NCBI GenBank assembly: GCA_040225955.1
Contig: JBECUL010000054.1
Location: 1 to 13,363 of the forward strand
DNA from: Candidatus Asgardarchaeum abyssi
GTDB lineage: Archaea; Asgardarchaeota; Asgardarchaeia; Asgardarchaeales; Asgardarchaeaceae
Length of the DNA stretch: 13,363 bases
Direction: 5' to 3'
Shown here: positions 1 through 7,030 of the stretch, piece after piece
Layout: each line of letters begins with the position of its first letter
How positions within the stretch are numbered: the stretch's first letter is position 1
Made by a program: the position numbers and the translations under genes
The notes under the pieces: generated by a model
The model's input: only the letters and a program-made list of their open reading frames with translations
Database searches by the model: none
Told to the model about the DNA's origin: nothing

Positions 1-454
1 TGGGGTTAACAGTTTGGTATATGCTTTAGGTAATTATCGGGCGGTGTTAGTGATAGGCAGTGCAATGAGTTTTATGAGGGTTGTGCTTTACTTTTATCTG
101 GTACCGCAGATGGGCAATCTTGGTGCAGCTTACGCCTTCGACGTTGGAGTCATCGCAGCATTTTTATCGGCAATTTATTATGGAAGAAAAAGTGATTTAT
201 ATATTGATTGGAAGAGGTTTTTATTGACCTTGCTGGTACCAGGGGCTATTGGAATTCCGCTTTTCATATTTAAGATTCCGTGGTATATAGGGGTTGTTGG
301 GATAGTTGGGGTTAGCGAAATCATTTTTGCGAGAGCACGAATTTATACGAAAGAGGACATTAGGGATATTTCTGTTGCTTTGCTTCCCAAAGATGTGGTA
401 AGAAAGATTGCGCCGAAGGTATATCCAATACTTGAGTTGTTATTTGGTGAGTGA
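1..454 (+). CDS. C-terminal part of a multi-pass membrane protein, probably an oligosaccharide flippase (Wzx/MOP superfamily); 5'-truncated by the window
   Basis: The frame is open from position 2 (GVNSLVYALG...). It has several hydrophobic helices and the segment 'LVPQMGNLGAAYA', which resembles the LIPxxGxxGAAxA motif of flippase C-termini. Confidence 0.65.
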   Translation, partial: GVNSLVYALGNYRAVLVIGSAMSFMRVVLYFYLVPQMGNLGAAYAFDVGVIAAFLSAIYYGRKSDLYIDWKRFLLTLLVPGAIGIPLFIFKIPWYIGVVGIVGVSEIIFARARIYTKEDIRDISVALLPKDVVRKIAPKVYPILELLFGE

Positions 455-580
455 TTTTGTCTCTGAGGATGTGGAGTCTTAATAGAGAGGAGACGCAATC
501 TGTTCATTTAGACGTAAATTAAAAAAGTGTCCTTATCAGAATTAACAGAGAAGGGTATGTTTCAGGATTAGGTGGATTTA

Positions 581-1222
581 ATGATTCTTCAGGTAGTAAT
601 TATTAGGAGGAGTACGAAGGAGGTTCTTTTCAATTATTGTTTTGAGAGTGAGAAGCATATAGATGAGGTTTATTTATCGCAGTTTGCGGTGACAATAGCG
701 GAAGTCATTCCCGCGTTATTTTCAGACTCTACTGAGAGAATACAGTTCATGAAGACGAGTTTGCACAAGGTGGTTTTTGAGGTTTTTGATGATTATATTT
801 TCGTTATAATCAGCACTGCGGATACTGATGACCTGGAGTTGAATTATCTTTTAACGACTATAGTCAATCGGGCTGTACCTCTTTTAAGGAGTCAGAATTT
901 GAGTGCGTTACATCTTGATGATCTTATTTTTAAAGGGCAAATCAGACGCTCTGGCAAGCAAACATTACCAAAGCTGATTCTATTAAGGTTTGGTGAAATT
1001 TACAAAGCAATACAGAAATTGAAAATGGAGGTAGAGCAGATATCGTCGATGCATTCGTATGATACACAGAGCATTATTATGCTTTCCTCCACGTTAAATG
1101 TTGTTGAAAAGTCGTTAAAGGAGGCTCAAGAGCTTCTTAAAAAGCTTCCATATATTCCTCCAGCCAATCGTCATGATGTTCTTGGTTTTGGGGAGGAAGA
1201 GGAAGAAAAGCGTGAAAATTAA
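581..1222 (+). CDS. Longin-like domain protein with a C-terminal coiled coil
   Basis: The N-terminal ~110 aa follow the longin beta-beta-alpha-beta-beta-beta-alpha pattern (MILQVVIIRRS..VLFNYCF..IDEVYLSQFAVTI..IQFMKT..KVVFE..DYIFVIIS..DTD). A heptad repeat lies at 989-1147 and the tail is acidic. ATG 581 is preferred; GTG 572 is an alternative start. Confidence 0.65.
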   Translation: MILQVVIIRRSTKEVLFNYCFESEKHIDEVYLSQFAVTIAEVIPALFSDSTERIQFMKTSLHKVVFEVFDDYIFVIISTADTDDLELNYLLTTIVNRAVPLLRSQNLSALHLDDLIFKGQIRRSGKQTLPKLILLRFGEIYKAIQKLKMEVEQISSMHSYDTQSIIMLSSTLNVVEKSLKEAQELLKKLPYIPPANRHDVLGFGEEEEEKREN

Positions 1223-1276
1223 GTAACAGCAAACCAGAACGGCAATAGCAACTTATTTTTATGTCATATGTATTTG

Positions 1277-1687
1277 TCATTTTAGTTTTTTATGCCATCC
1301 TTTTTCGTTTTTGTACCAGCCTGATGACAGGAGCGATTTTAGTTTGCTTTTTAGTGTTTTTATTATTTTCAAGTTGTCGAGGAGGACCTTTCCTTCGTAG
1401 ACAGCATCTAGGAGGATTGTATTTTCTTCGAAGTGTTTGAGGGCCCAATTTTTTTCAAAGAGGTGGATTTCGGGGGCGATAAGGTCTGCTTTATATGCGA
1501 GGGATGTTAGTTCTTCAAGCAGAGTTATGTTGGTTTTTTCTGTTATTATTAGTAGGTCTGTGTCGCTGAGTGCGCTGTAATTTCCTCTTGCTCTGCTTCC
1601 AAAGAGTATGATTGTGAATTTTATTGGTTTTTGTTTTATGAGGGAGATGAAGGTTTTAAGGTTCTTTTTCCAGTTCTTGTTCCGCAA
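1277..1687 (-). CDS. Minimal nucleotidyltransferase (MNT), antitoxin partner of the adjacent HEPN gene
   Basis: It carries the Pol-beta-type GS-x10-DxD motif (IILFGSRARGNYSALSDTDLLII) and overlaps the 3' end of the HEPN gene. The start is uncertain (TTG 1687 or ATG 1711). Confidence 0.9.
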   Translation of the reverse strand: MRNKNWKKNLKTFISLIKQKPIKFTIILFGSRARGNYSALSDTDLLIITEKTNITLLEELTSLAYKADLIAPEIHLFEKNWALKHFEENTILLDAVYEGKVLLDNLKIIKTLKSKLKSLLSSGWYKNEKGWHKKLK

Positions 1688-2012
1688 ACTTAATTGCTTT
1701 GCTGGCTGCATTAATAAACTCCTCCAATCGTTCTTTAGATAGGCTTATTGGAGCCTCAGGATATCTCGCGTAAGTGTACATGAGGGTAATGATTTCTAGG
1801 TTCTCGTTTTTGAAGTTAACAGAGGTTCCAAGTTCAACGAGGTTATGTGTATAGGGTCTGGTTCCGAATTTATGTATGTGGACTGCTTTTAGTGATAGTT
1901 CGATTGCCTGGTGTATATCGAATGCAGCAACGTCTAGGTTTCCTGCTTTTATATTCATTTTAGCTGATTCCAGGAACTGTTTTGCTCTTTCCAGCCAATT
2001 GACTGGTTTCAA
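1656..2012 (-). CDS. HEPN domain protein (archaeal HEPN-MNT pair)
   Basis: WLERAKQFLESA...AAFDIHQAIELSLKA...PYTHNLVEL...YTYARYP is typical of the THxL/RYP HEPN class. The TTG start has GGTGA upstream. Confidence 0.9.
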   Translation of the reverse strand: MKPVNWLERAKQFLESAKMNIKAGNLDVAAFDIHQAIELSLKAVHIHKFGTRPYTHNLVELGTSVNFKNENLEIITLMYTYARYPEAPISLSKERLEEFINAASKAIKFAEQELEKEP

Positions 2013-2461
2013 TGAGTATCACCAACATATTCTATATATGTAGTTTAAGTATTTGTATTAAAAAATTCTATGGTGTCTGTTGAGAGTTATGAGGATTTTA
2101 ACAAGAGGTTTTGTATTTTTCTTACAATTAGCAGGTAATAATAGTTTTTGGGATTTTAATCTGAATTTTAAGATTTTGTGGGCTTTAGATGGTGTTAGGG
2201 GGCACTATTTTTATTTCCATTTTTTGTGTCACCATTTTCTTATATTAAATGATTTATCATGGAGTAGTTATTATCCTGTGGGAGTATGGAGTAGGGATTA
2301 TTATACCCAAGAACTTCAGTTTCCATCATTCCTATGCTCGAAAAAAATTTTTACCGTCTAAAAATTTAGCTTAGGAAGTATTTGGTTTTGTTTCTTTGAC
2401 TGAAGACAAGAAATTCTTGAAAAGAAAAAGTAACTTTTTATGGGTGTCATATTATAAGTTG

Positions 2462-2644
2462 TTAGCTTTTTGAAAACAACATTCTTTCCAAGTCTTTCAG
2501 GTCGATAGTTAGTACATCATTGGTTTTCATCTTATATGAGAAAGATTTAGCGAGGATTACGAAGTACTCCTTTTTGGGAGCCCATGGAACGTGGACGGAT
2601 TCTTTCTTTTTGAATAGAATATCATATACCTCTTTAGGATTTAC
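2462..2644 (-). pseudogene. C-terminal fragment of an archaeal ATPase/DUF234-type protein, cut at the IS left end
   Basis: A 60-codon frame not in the ORF track reads VNPKEVYDILFKKKESVHVPWAPKKEYFVILAKSFSYKMKTNDVLTIDLKDLERMLFSKS*. It resembles the EYYxIFAKSF...DLKDLE tail of these proteins and begins exactly at the TTAC target motif. Confidence 0.65.
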
Positions 2645-2737
2645 AAAATGTCGCTAAGAAAGCCTCGTATTTCAATGCGGGGATGAATTAGGGAGGAGGG
2701 ATGGTGGGTTTCTTTAGACCAAATTTTAAATATCTTG

Positions 2738-2836
2738 ATGCACAACTTAAACTACACAATAAAATCAACAAGACACTCTAAATACGACAGTGGGTAACGA
2801 TTCGCAGACGCAATAATGGAGTATGTCAAAAACAAC
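2738..2836 (+). pseudogene. tnpA: Internally deleted Y1 transposase remnant
   Basis: The N-terminal TnpA-like peptide KSTRHSKY (2762-2785) abuts C-terminal-like pieces TVGN (2787-2798) and ADAIMEYVKN (2804-2833, catalytic Tyr helix). The HUH core is missing and there is an in-frame stop at 2795-2797. Confidence 0.7.
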
Positions 2837-2856
2837 AATTCGAGGAGGCTAAGAAA

Positions 2857-4101
2857 ATGAAAAGGGTGAATAAATTCCGCTTAAGACCATCTGAGGAGCA
2901 AGAGAAGGCTTTGTTTAGCTTATGCGAGATGTCGGCAGTGTTATGGAACAAGTTGAACTACATTAGGAGACAATCATTCTTCGAAGGAAGATTTGACTGG
3001 AAAGAATGTGCTGACGAACTATACAACGAATTTAAGCGAATACTGGGTTCAGCAACGACACAACAAATCATAAGGAAGAATAACGAGGCTTGGAGGTCAT
3101 TTTTCGCACTGTTAGGGTTGCAAAAACAAGGTGGGCTTCCACCACACATTCGTAAGGTTTCCCCTCCCCGCTATTGGAAGGATAGAGGAAGTGGTAGAAG
3201 AAAATTGCTGACTGTCATTAGAAATGATTGTTACAGGATTGAAGAAGTGGGAAACAAGAAGTGGTTGGTATTGCCCAAGAAGTTAAAGATTCGTATAACG
3301 GGAGAAATCAGATGGAGAGGAAAACAAGGGAGGTTAGAAATCCACTACGACGAACTGACAGGGAGGTGGTATGCTTATCAGAGTGTGGAGGTAAATCAAC
3401 CAAGTGCCACCTCCCCGTCTGGAAGGAAAGCATTCGTAGATTTGGGACTCGTGAACATCATAACGGCCTGGATTGAAGGAGAAAGACAACCAATCGCTTT
3501 CTCGGGCAAACCTCTATTGGCAGATTGGTGGTATTGGTCTAAGAAAATAGCTTATTATCAGTCGATAGCGATGAAAGCGAATAAGCGTCGCATAACAAAG
3601 AGAATCAGAAAATACTATCGCAAGCGGAAGCTGAGATTTAGACACGCAGTCAATACGATGGTATTCAGGTTCGTTAAACTCTGCTACGAGAAGGGAGTAA
3701 CCGAGATCATCGCCGGTGACGTTGGCGGGATAAGACGAAACAACGACAAGGGAAGCAAAGTCAACGCCATGATTCACAATTTCTGGAGCTTTGAATACAT
3801 CATCGACAGATTGACCACAACAGCAGAAAACTTCGGAATCAAAGTCAAATTGGTTAAAGAAAACCATACGTCTTCCGTTTGTCCAAGATGTGGTTCAACT
3901 AATGCGTATAGGCACAAGAGATTGTTCAAGTGTCTAAACTGTGGTTTGGAAGCTCACAGAGATGTCGTGGGGGCGTTAAATATAGCCCGCCTCTCCCTTA
4001 ACGGGACAGGCGGGTTTAACGGGGGGTTGGCACTCCCCGAGCTACCGAGGGTCCATCCCTTGGTAGCTCAAACCTCCCCGTTGGGAATCCTCGCACTTTA
4101 G
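2857..4101 (+). CDS. tnpB: RNA-guided endonuclease TnpB with rearranged RuvC-II
   Basis: N-terminal KFRLRPSEEQ...LWN; RuvC-I FVD195LG; RuvC-II position IIAG287D; alternative Glu in VKE335NHTS; zinc finger CPRC/CLNC; RuvC-III HRD369VVGALNI. The RBS is GAGGAGG. Confidence 0.95.
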   Translation: MKRVNKFRLRPSEEQEKALFSLCEMSAVLWNKLNYIRRQSFFEGRFDWKECADELYNEFKRILGSATTQQIIRKNNEAWRSFFALLGLQKQGGLPPHIRKVSPPRYWKDRGSGRRKLLTVIRNDCYRIEEVGNKKWLVLPKKLKIRITGEIRWRGKQGRLEIHYDELTGRWYAYQSVEVNQPSATSPSGRKAFVDLGLVNIITAWIEGERQPIAFSGKPLLADWWYWSKKIAYYQSIAMKANKRRITKRIRKYYRKRKLRFRHAVNTMVFRFVKLCYEKGVTEIIAGDVGGIRRNNDKGSKVNAMIHNFWSFEYIIDRLTTTAENFGIKVKLVKENHTSSVCPRCGSTNAYRHKRLFKCLNCGLEAHRDVVGALNIARLSLNGTGGFNGGLALPELPRVHPLVAQTSPLGILAL

Positions 4102-4141
4102 TGCGGGGAGGATGTCAACACGTAAAAAAGCGTATAGATAA
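3990..4141 (+). ncRNA. Predicted omega-RNA (reRNA): scaffold overlapping the tnpB 3' end plus a flank-derived guide starting at 4119
   Basis: There is a 13-bp hairpin at 4039-4069, complementarity between 4020-4028 and 4071-4080, and the right-end hairpin at 4089-4108. TnpB guide RNAs are known to arise from this position. Boundaries are approximate. Confidence 0.65.
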
Positions 4142-4165
4142 TTTTTAATCCTATAGGATTAAAAA
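4142..4165. repeat. Perfect 24-bp palindrome
   Basis: TTTTTAATCCTA|TAGGATTAAAAA. Confidence 0.85.
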
Positions 4166-4302
4166 CCTTTATTTCCTTTTCAAGGATCGTATGCCTTATA
4201 CTTTTCTAATAGCTCTCTTCAATTCATAAGCCTTGAGCTTCTTCTGAATCTGGGTTCTGCTAAATTCATCCCTCAATATATGCTGTATTCAATATACTTA
4301 TA

Positions 4303-4350
4303 ATTTATAAGATTGTATTTTCTGGTGGTATTATGAGGACAATTGCTGTA
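4303..4350 (+). repeat. 48-bp exact copy of the vapB promoter/RBS/first codons (other copy at 6305-6352)
   Basis: ATTTATAAGATTGTATTTTCTGGTGGTATTATGAGGACAATTGCTGTA occurs at both positions. Confidence 0.95.
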
Positions 4351-4887
4351 ATTTTCTTTGAAGAGATTCTAAGAAATGTAGTTTATTATTTCCTACATTT
4401 TTATATTTTTATGCTTTCTTCAGTTGTATATATTATTATTTAGGTTAGTTAAATAAATTTAGCATTTTTTATTTAAAGGGCCAAGTTAGTTTAATGACAA
4501 CATGAAAACAAACGTATTGTTAGGAAAAAGACTTTATACAATATTATTATTTAAAAACTTCAAGAAAGAACTCTTTCGATTATTTTCTTGCTTTTATCGT
4601 TCACAACATCCACTTTGTTGGGTGGACAGAACACAAATAATTTTATTAAATCATTAAATCTCTATATATTAGGTGCACCCCATTTTCCAATGCTACTAAC
4701 CAAACAATAATATTTTTTAAGTGATAAAAAGAGAACCTAAAACTACTATTCTTATTTTATATTAGTATGATGGAAAAATCCTTAGAGGGGGTAAAAGGAA
4801 TTATGTTTCCTCGATAAAGCGAAAAGAAAGATATTTTAGTTTTCAGAAAATAAAATTAGTAAGGTTAAGATCTTGTGTGATGCAGAC

Positions 4888-5181
4888 ATGAGAACGAAGG
4901 ACGAGATTATAAGAATTCTAAGGCGGGAGCGTTCCAAGCTAAGAGAAAAATTCTTTGTGAAAACGATAGGCCTATTTGGCTCATATGCTCGTGGCGAGCA
5001 AACAGAAAAAAGTGATATTGACTTATTGGTTGAATTTGAGAAACCGGTAGACTTCTTTACGCTTTTTGAGCTTGAAGAACATCTCTCAAAATTGTTAGGT
5101 GTAAAAGTAGAAATAGTTACGCCAAACGCAATAAAAGAGGAAATAAAACCATATATAATGCGGGATGTTATATATGTCTAA
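4888..5181 (+). CDS. mntA: Minimal nucleotidyltransferase antitoxin (MntA-like)
   Basis: IGLFGSYARGEQTEKSDIDLLVEF...LEEHLSKLLGVKVEIVT. It overlaps the downstream DUF86 gene. ATG 4888 is preferred over TTG 4873. Confidence 0.92.
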   Translation: MRTKDEIIRILRRERSKLREKFFVKTIGLFGSYARGEQTEKSDIDLLVEFEKPVDFFTLFELEEHLSKLLGVKVEIVTPNAIKEEIKPYIMRDVIYV

Positions 5182-5530
5182 AAGAAGTCAGAAACTTTTT
5201 CTTAAGGATATACTTGAATCCATTGAACGTATAGAGAGCTATACAAAAGGTCTTAGTTACAATGATTTTTTGAATGATAGAAAAACAATAGATGCCGTAT
5301 TAAGAAATTTGGAAGTAATAGGTGAAGCAGTAAAAAATTTATCTGAAAAGCTAAAAAAACTCTATCCTGAAGTTAATTGGAAAAGGATTGCTGGTATGAG
5401 AGATAGATTAATTCATGGATACTTTGGTGTAGACATTGAGATAGTATGGGAAACTATACAGAGTCGTCTTCCAGAACTAAAAAAGCAAATAGAAAAAATT
5501 TTGAAAGAGATTGATTATAATATAGAGTAG
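5174..5530 (+). CDS. hepT: HepT-like (DUF86) HEPN ribonuclease toxin
   Basis: LFLKDILESIERI...DAVLRNLEVIGEA...WKRIAGMRDRLIHGYFGVD contains an intact R-x4-H-x-Y motif. Confidence 0.92.
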   Translation: MSKRSQKLFLKDILESIERIESYTKGLSYNDFLNDRKTIDAVLRNLEVIGEAVKNLSEKLKKLYPEVNWKRIAGMRDRLIHGYFGVDIEIVWETIQSRLPELKKQIEKILKEIDYNIE

Positions 5531-5803
5531 ATGTTAGATTTCTAAGGTATCAAACATGTTAAAGATTTTTCATTCTAGCAATATAATCACTTTAAGGTTT
5601 TTAAAGCATCCTATGAAGATTTAATTGTAAAGCGTGTACATCTTCTACCTATATTATTTTTATTTCTGAAGTTTGTTCCTTTTATTCTTACTATCATAGT
5701 ATCTTCATTAGCTAACAGCTTCATGTTCCAATATTTCTTCTGAGTTACTATAATATACGTATCAGACTTAGTTCTATCACGTTGAACACCAATTTCCCTT
5801 TTA

Positions 5804-6217
5804 TTATAACGTAATATGCGAAGTCATTGGTGTCTCTTCTATATGTCTCTTGAATATGTCTTTATCATCAATTTCGCCAATAGGAACTGCATTATCAGGA
5901 GAAGTCGCATCTCTATCCAAAAGGTTCACAAGAACATGATCCTCTCTGGATAATTCCTCTCCGAACATACTCTTAGCCACATTCTTCATAAATTCACTGT
6001 AGAAGTCATACCAGAATATCTCATAGCGTCCGATTTTCTTCATCTTTATTTTTTCACCAGCTATTATGAGTTTCATGAGCCTTTTGTTCACACTTACATT
6101 GTTTACGCCTAAGACTTTGGCCAATTCTGTAGCAGTTCTTGGCTCCTCCTTAATAAGTGCCACTAGTAATTCATCAAACTCACTTTCATACTCCTTATTA
6201 TTTAATAAAACACTCAT
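5804..6217 (-). CDS. Winged helix-turn-helix protein, possibly C-terminally truncated
   Basis: LIKEEPRTATELAKVLGVNNVSVNKRLMKL...IKMKKIGRYEIFW gives an HTH plus wing. ATG 6217 has GAGGT upstream. Confidence 0.7.
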   Translation of the reverse strand: MSVLLNNKEYESEFDELLVALIKEEPRTATELAKVLGVNNVSVNKRLMKLIIAGEKIKMKKIGRYEIFWYDFYSEFMKNVAKSMFGEELSREDHVLVNLLDRDATSPDNAVPIGEIDDKDIFKRHIEETPMTSHITL

Positions 6218-6304
6218 GCTAACCTCACTTTTCCAATGCACTACTTTACTAGCGCATTTTATTTGTGCACTACAAACATAGTTAGTTATATTTTTATAAT
6301 TTAT

Positions 6305-6352
6305 ATTTATAAGATTGTATTTTCTGGTGGTATTATGAGGACAATTGCTGTA
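6305..6352 (+). repeat. 48-bp direct repeat, native copy at the vapB start (TATA-like TTTATAA, GGTGG RBS, ATG)
   Basis: Identical to 4303-4350. Confidence 0.95.
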
Positions 6353-6547
6353 TCGGATGAGACTTTGGCAGCTCTGAAGGAATTGAAGAGGAGGCTTTCG
6401 GCTAAGACTTATGATTATGTGATAAGATTTTTATTAAAGAAGGTCAAGGAGATGGAGATTAAGAGAGCACTTGAAGTTCTGGAGATTGATGATGACCAGG
6501 CTGATAAGATTTTAGATATAGTTATGGAGAGGAGAAGGACTTGGTGA
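6335..6547 (+). CDS. vapB: Ribbon-helix-helix VapB-type antitoxin
   Basis: MRTIAVSDETLAALKELKRRLSAKTYDYVIRFLL is an archaeal RHH antitoxin pattern. It ends RRRTW with a GTGA overlap into a PIN gene. Confidence 0.8.
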   Translation: MRTIAVSDETLAALKELKRRLSAKTYDYVIRFLLKKVKEMEIKRALEVLEIDDDQADKILDIVMERRRTW

Positions 6548-6961
6548 GAGGATAATTCTTGATACTGATATTTTCATAGACATGCAAAAGAAAAGCAATA
6601 AAGTCTTCTTGTTAAGATATGGATAATTTTAAGGTTTATATATCGATAATTTCTCTTTATGAATTTCTTTTTGGGAAGAAATATATTAGTGAAGATATCA
6701 TAGAGACAAAGAGTGCGATTGAAAGGGTTTTGCAATCATTCCTCTGACTCAAGAGATATTAGAAAAATGCTGGAGATTGATGTCTCGCTCTCGAAGCGTG
6801 GCGAAAAATTGGAGTTTAGGGATATAGCAATAGGTGCGACAGCTATAACTGAAGGACTTGTTTTAATTTCGGGGAATGTCTCACACTTTGAGAGAATGAA
6901 AAAGTATGGGTTGAAATTTAAATCGCGAGAAGCTTTTATAGACGAATTGCGTAGGCTATAA
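6544..6961 (+). pseudogene. vapC: Frameshifted PIN-domain VapC toxin
   Basis: PIN motifs are spread over successive frames: RIILDTDIFID (6549), KVYISIISLYEFLFG (frame from 6619), FAIIPLTQEILEK (6729), MLEID...FRDIAIGATAI...LISGNVSHFERM (6767-6961). Confidence 0.85.
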
Positions 6962-6989
6962 AGAACGAACAATTATGAGATGTGATGGA

Positions 6990-7025
6990 TTATAAAGAAT
7001 CAGGTTTACATTCAACGACCAACAT
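6990..7025 (-). pseudogene. 11-codon stub of the ATPase's downstream partner (probable TOPRIM-like protein)
   Basis: ATG 5 nt after the ATPase stop gives MLVVECKPDSL*, matching the hhVE-x-x-x-D start of TOPRIM-fold partners. Confidence 0.5.
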
Positions 7026-7030
7026 TATAA

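Larger units (their letters stand above)
2645..4118 (+). mobile_element. Non-autonomous IS200/IS605-family element (deleted tnpA, intact tnpB)
   Basis: Left end: TTAC (2641-2644), a 14-nt spacer, AAAG (2659-2662), hairpin 2663-2682. Right end: GAAT (4085-4088), hairpin 4089-4108, TCAA (4115-4118). These tetranucleotides match the IS608-type cleavage/guide motifs. Confidence 0.9.

Noticed and set aside
965-988. 10-nt match (CTGATTCTAT) between the third predicted guide and the longin gene, near a TTAC
   Set aside because: The TTAC is not adjacent and the first three seed positions mismatch, so chance is a sufficient explanation.
2080-2361. 93-aa + strand ORF
   Set aside because: Phe/Leu-rich translation of T-rich DNA with no recognisable motif or RBS.
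2958-3867. ORFs 2958-3149, 3261-3476 and 3514-3867
   Set aside because: Shadow frames inside tnpB.
2857-4101. Cas12f or nuclease-dead TldR interpretation
   Set aside because: There is no CRISPR array or cas gene, IS ends are present, and the relocated Glu335 can complete the catalytic triad.
4524-4640. Peptide LKTSRKNSFDYFLAFIVHNIH, vaguely like a DDE transposase C-terminus
   Set aside because: Too short, with no start, catalytic motif or terminal inverted repeats identified.
4833-4856. Imperfect palindrome upstream of mntA
   Set aside because: Almost entirely A/T, so it is expected by chance in this context.
6066-6334. ORF 6066-6281 and the 6236 start for vapB
   Set aside because: The first is antisense to the wHTH gene. 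The second runs through the promoter, whereas ATG 6335 has an RBS and starts the RHH motif.
6713-6972. ORFs 6713-6961 and 6736-6972 as independent genes
   Set aside because: The first is the last frame of the broken vapC and the second is its antisense shadow.
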